The notes below the pieces were generated by a model. The model saw nothing but the letters and a program-made list of their open reading frames with translations, was not told the DNA's origin and searched no databases. Made by a program: the position numbers and the translations under genes. Positions 60,111-64,000 of a stretch of 64,000 bases of DNA are shown piece after piece (position 1 is the stretch's first letter; every line of letters begins with the position of its first letter). Origin of the DNA: Pristiophorus japonicus (lineage: Eukaryota); the NCBI RefSeq assembly GCF_044704955.1, contig NC_091998.1, positions 36,456,001-36,520,000 on the forward strand. The letters are read 5' to 3'.

Positions 60111-60324
60111 GCAGATCCAGCCAGTGTGTGTGTGCAGGAACAGTAAAGGCCGATAACTGTGGGAGAAGTTCAGCAGCTCAAGGCTCCCCAGCCGAAAGAT
60201 GCAGCTGGGGTGTGGACAACAGCCTGTCCCTGGCTCCGCCTTCCTGCTGCTGTTTGCTCACCCCGCTGGCCCGAGCAGGGAGCAGGACTGGGCCACCCTC
60301 GGCACCGACTGTGAATGTGGGTGG

Positions 60325-60550
60325 GGGCGGGTCGGGTCCGCGGGGCCGGGTCCGAGCGAGTGGGCGGGTCGGGTCCGCGCGGGAGGGGTGGGGGCGGGTC
60401 GGGTCCGCGGGGCCGGGTCCGAGGGTCCGCGCGGGGGTGGGCCGGGTCCGCGGGGGTGGTGGCAGGTCCGCGGGGGGGTGGCGGCGGGTCAGGTCCGCGG
60501 GGCCGGGTCCGGGGGTCCGCGCGGGGGGGGGGGCAGGTCCGCGGGGGCCA
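60325..60550. repeat. GC-rich GGGTCCGCGGGG degenerate repeat
   Basis: Direct inspection. Confidence 0.75.
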
Positions 60551-61519
60551 GGCCGCTTTTCAATGTGATTTTTCAAGCCAGCTTAAAAGATCGCGGAAAC
60601 TCCGTTTGCACAGAACGTAATTTGTGCTTAAAATCCGGCGATCTTGTGTGGGAGGGTTTGGCCAATTTTGGGTGAGCTGCGCTGATAAAACCAGCAAAAC
60701 AGAGCGAAAATGCAGGCCTCAGGTTTAATATTCCCCGCCCTGTGTGTGTGGGGGGGGGGTGACCCAGGGGGTTACAGCAGTGGGTGATCGATGGGGCCAC
60801 CACCTCACCTCACCAGGCGTGTCAATCAAACACTCGAGGCTGGGTTCTCCGGACCTTTGTGCTCCGGGTTTTGCCCCGGAGCGGTGTGAAAGGTGGCGGT
60901 GGTTTCTCCCGCGCCACGCCGCGATCCTTGGGTCAGGGTTCGCGGTAGCGCGGAACAGCGCCACGGGGAAGAGCTGCGCCGGGCGTGCAACGGCTCTGGT
61001 TGTGACATCGGCTCGAGTTTTGAGTCTTGCCCCGAAGCGCGCCCCGCATGAGCGCCTGGGAAATCGGGCGGTCCAACGATACCGACAGTGGAGAGGAAGC
61101 TCAAAGATGGACTCCTAAAGTGCGAGTGTTTTTTTCAGACTTTTGTGCGATTTGTGCTGTGGTGTTACAGGCAATGTTTTGGGAATGTATTTAGGTCTCT
61201 CCCCCCTCCCCGCCTCTCTCGGAGCGCTCCCGGCCCGGCTCTTTAGCTTGCGATCTTCCCAGAGGTGTACAGCGCCTCCCTTCGCGCTGCGCCCCCTGAC
61301 CAAACTTACCCACTGAGGCGCAAACTGTTCCCGGGCGCTAACTTTCCCGCCACACCGCCATTATCCCCCTCGAAAACAAACGCCTGAAATCCAGCCCTTT
61401 GGATCGAGCTGAAAGCTCAGAAGACATCTCAACACGACAGCACATTGGCTGAGACAAAACATATCATATTATAGGGGTGAGAGGCATAAGAATAAATATA
61501 AATCCTTCCGTTCCCTTAC

Positions 61520-61774
61520 CCGCCTCTTGCGGGCTCTCTGTTTGTTGGTGCTCTCCCTGGTGAATGCGGTGTAGGCTGGGAGTTCCTGCAGCTCAATGGC
61601 CGTCTCCAGGATAGCCCGGATCCGAGCCTCGTCCCCAGACACTGAACACAACACCGACTCCATGATGCCGTCCATATCCCCCTTAAACTCCACGTACGCC
61701 TGTTTGATGTCGACTGTCTCCTCTTCTGATCCTTTGTACTTGTCTTCAAACTCCTTAATGTCAGCCACCGTGAC
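61520..61774 (-). CDS. DNAJC9: DNAJC9 internal exon (VTVADIKEFEDKYKGSEEETVDIKQAYVEFKGDMDGIMESVLC...RARKRR)
   Basis: 255 nt, gcccAG / GTaagg, phase 0-0; YKGSEEE..DIKQAY..FKGDMD.IMESVLC signature; J-domain exons not in the window. Confidence 0.95.
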
Positions 61775-61889
61775 CTGGGCACAAGACAGGGTCATCAGCG
61801 AGCGTCCATCACACAGCGTCGGATGGGAGGGGTAGGGAGGGGTAGGCAGGGGTCAGATGGACAGGGCCCAATCACACGGCATCATGAAC

Positions 61890-63051
61890 ACCCCCGCCCC
61901 CCTCCACACACTCTCTCTTTCCCCCCCCACACACTTCCCCCCACCCACACACTCCTCTCCCCCTCCCCCCAACACACTCCTCTCCCCCTCCCAACACACT
62001 CCTCTCCCCCTCACTACTCTCCCCTCCCACTCCCCGCCCCCACTCTTTCTCACCCCACACACACACAAACAGTCCCCCCTCCCACAACCCCCCCTCCACT
62101 CTCAATCCTCTCCCCCCCTCCCACACACTCACTCCCCTCTCCCCCTCCCCCACCACATCGCCCCCCCCACCACCACACTCCCCCCCCCTCTCCCACCACA
62201 CTTCCCCCCCACCCTCCCACCACACCGCCCCCCCACCACCACACTCCCCCCCCCCCCCTCCCCTCCCCTCCCTCCCCCACCCCCCCCACCATCACACTTC
62301 CCCCCCCCCCTCCCCTCCCTCCCCACACCACACTCCCCCCCCCCTCCCCCTCCCCCCCCCCACACACTTCCCCCCCCCCCACACTTCCCCCCCCCCCACC
62401 ACACTTCCCCCCCCCCACTACACTTCCCCCCCCCCACCACACTTCCCACCCCCCCCACCACACTCTCCCCCCCCACCACACCACACTTCCCGCCCCCACT
62501 CTTTCTCACCCCACACACACACAAACAGTCCCCCCTCCCACAACCCCCCCTCCACTCTCACTCCTCTCCCCCTCTCCCACACACTCACTCTCACTCCCCT
62601 CTCCCCCCCCACCACACCGCCCCCCCCACCACCACACTCCCCCCCCCCACACCACCACACTCCCCCCCCCCCCCACACCACCACACTCCCCCCCCCCACA
62701 CACCACCACACTCCCCCCCCCCACACCACACTCCCCCCCCCCCCACACCACCACACTCCCCCCCCCCACACCACACTCCCCCCCCCCACACCACCACACT
62801 CCCCCCCCCCTCACCTCACTCCCCCCCCCTCTCCCACCACACTGCCTCCCCNNNNNNNNNNNNNNNNNNNNNNNNNNNNNNNNNNNNNNNNNNNNNNNNN
62901 NNNNNNNNNNNNNNNNNNNNNNNNNNNNNNNNNNNNNNNNNNNNNNNNNNNNNNNNNNNNNNNNNNNNNNNNNNNNNNNNNNNNNNNNNNNNNNNNNNNN
63001 NNNNNNNNNNNNNNNNNNNNNNNNNNNNNNNNNNNNNNNNNNNNNNNNNNN
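61890..63051. repeat. C-rich low-complexity tract ending in a 200-N assembly gap (62852-63051)
   Basis: Direct inspection. Confidence 0.92.
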
Positions 63052-64000
63052 CGGCACAGGTTCGCTGGTTACCGGGGTTACTGTTTGTAATCATGGCCTG
63101 CTTTGATGCCGAACCGGCCCAAGTCACTCTCACCATTATTCTCCCTCCAACAGACAAGGAAGAGGTCCATCGGAAAAGACTGAAGAAACTCCCTCACTTC
63201 TCTGATCATTTCGGGGGAGGGGGTCCGTCGGGGGGCGCTGCAGGCTTCGGAGGAGGAAGAGGAGGAGGCGGAGGAGGTGAGGCCTGGATTTTAGTTTGTA
63301 GATTGTAGAGTGGGGTCGGGTGGGGACAGGGCCCGTTCCCCTCGCCTGGCCGGTGAGGGCCGAGGTTGCCCAGATATTGGGTCTCGTTATGAGAGCTATT
63401 GCCCGGGAGGGCGAGGGTTGGGTGGGGGAGGGGGGAGGGGGGAGGGGAGTGGGGGGTCGGGGCTGTGGCGGGTTGGGCCGGGGGAGTGGGGGGAGGGCTG
63501 GTCGGGCGGGGTGGGTAGGTCGGGCCAAGAAGGCGGGTCGGTTTCGGGGGGGGGGTAGGGGGCGCGGGGCAGGTTGGAGCGATGGGAAACCGTGTCCGAG
63601 AGACTATTCCTGCACTCACAGGGTTTGTGTTGCTCTCTCGCCAGGCTATAACTTTAACTGGCCGGGCTATGTGAACAGTTTTGGAGGCCCGCACTGCACG
63701 TACCAGCAGGGGATGCAACACACTGGGGAATCACAGGGGGGCATGGAGCTAACCGGCGAGCAGAGACCCCAACCCAGAGCCCAGGACACAGACAGCTCCT
63801 CCAAGGAGGCCCAGCACATCAACCTGTCACAGCCAGGTACGTAATGCAGCGGATGTGATGTACATGGACTATCAGAAAGCCTTTGACTAGGCACATGGGA
63901 GATGGGAGAAGGGACATGGAATTAGCAGGGAGGCATTGGATTCAAAATGGGCAGGTACTCTGATTGGCAGGATGTGACTCGTGGTGTCCCGCAGGGATCT

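Noticed and set aside
63052-64000. DNAJC9 J-domain exons beyond the gap
   Set aside because: No HPD/J-domain frame found; the sequence is GC-rich and repeat-like, ends in a CR1 RT remnant, and its contiguity across the 200-N gap is uncertain

Overview
Eukaryotic, repeat-saturated vertebrate DNA. The repeat inventory (esterase-ORF1 CR1 LINEs, L2, RTE, Vingi-like, Penelope-derived repeat, Deu-domain SINEs, Mag-like Gypsy LTR elements) points to a cartilaginous fish (shark); this is inference. Two host genes are visible, both on the minus strand: the first coding exon of a TspanC8 tetraspanin, best match TSPAN14 (11252-11332), and the last three coding exons of DNAJC9 (61520-61774, 59216-59302, 58473-58598). 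Almost all the rest is nested retroelements, TE-seeded minisatellites and two assembly gaps. The most striking signal is two unrelated retroelement copies, a Gypsy integrase region (~2940-3680) and the 5' part of a CR1 insertion (~9485-9976), that carry dense A-to-G hypermutation confined to their sense strand. This is the footprint expected if ADAR-hyperedited RNA was reverse-transcribed and fixed in the germline genome. Also notable: a CRE/splice-donor/CCAAT module and tandem monomers in CR1 5' UTRs, non-autonomous Gypsy derivatives (one with unexplained cargo), and repeated birth of minisatellites inside SINE/LINE sequence. Family names are from recognition by eye, and element boundaries are approximate unless TSDs are given.
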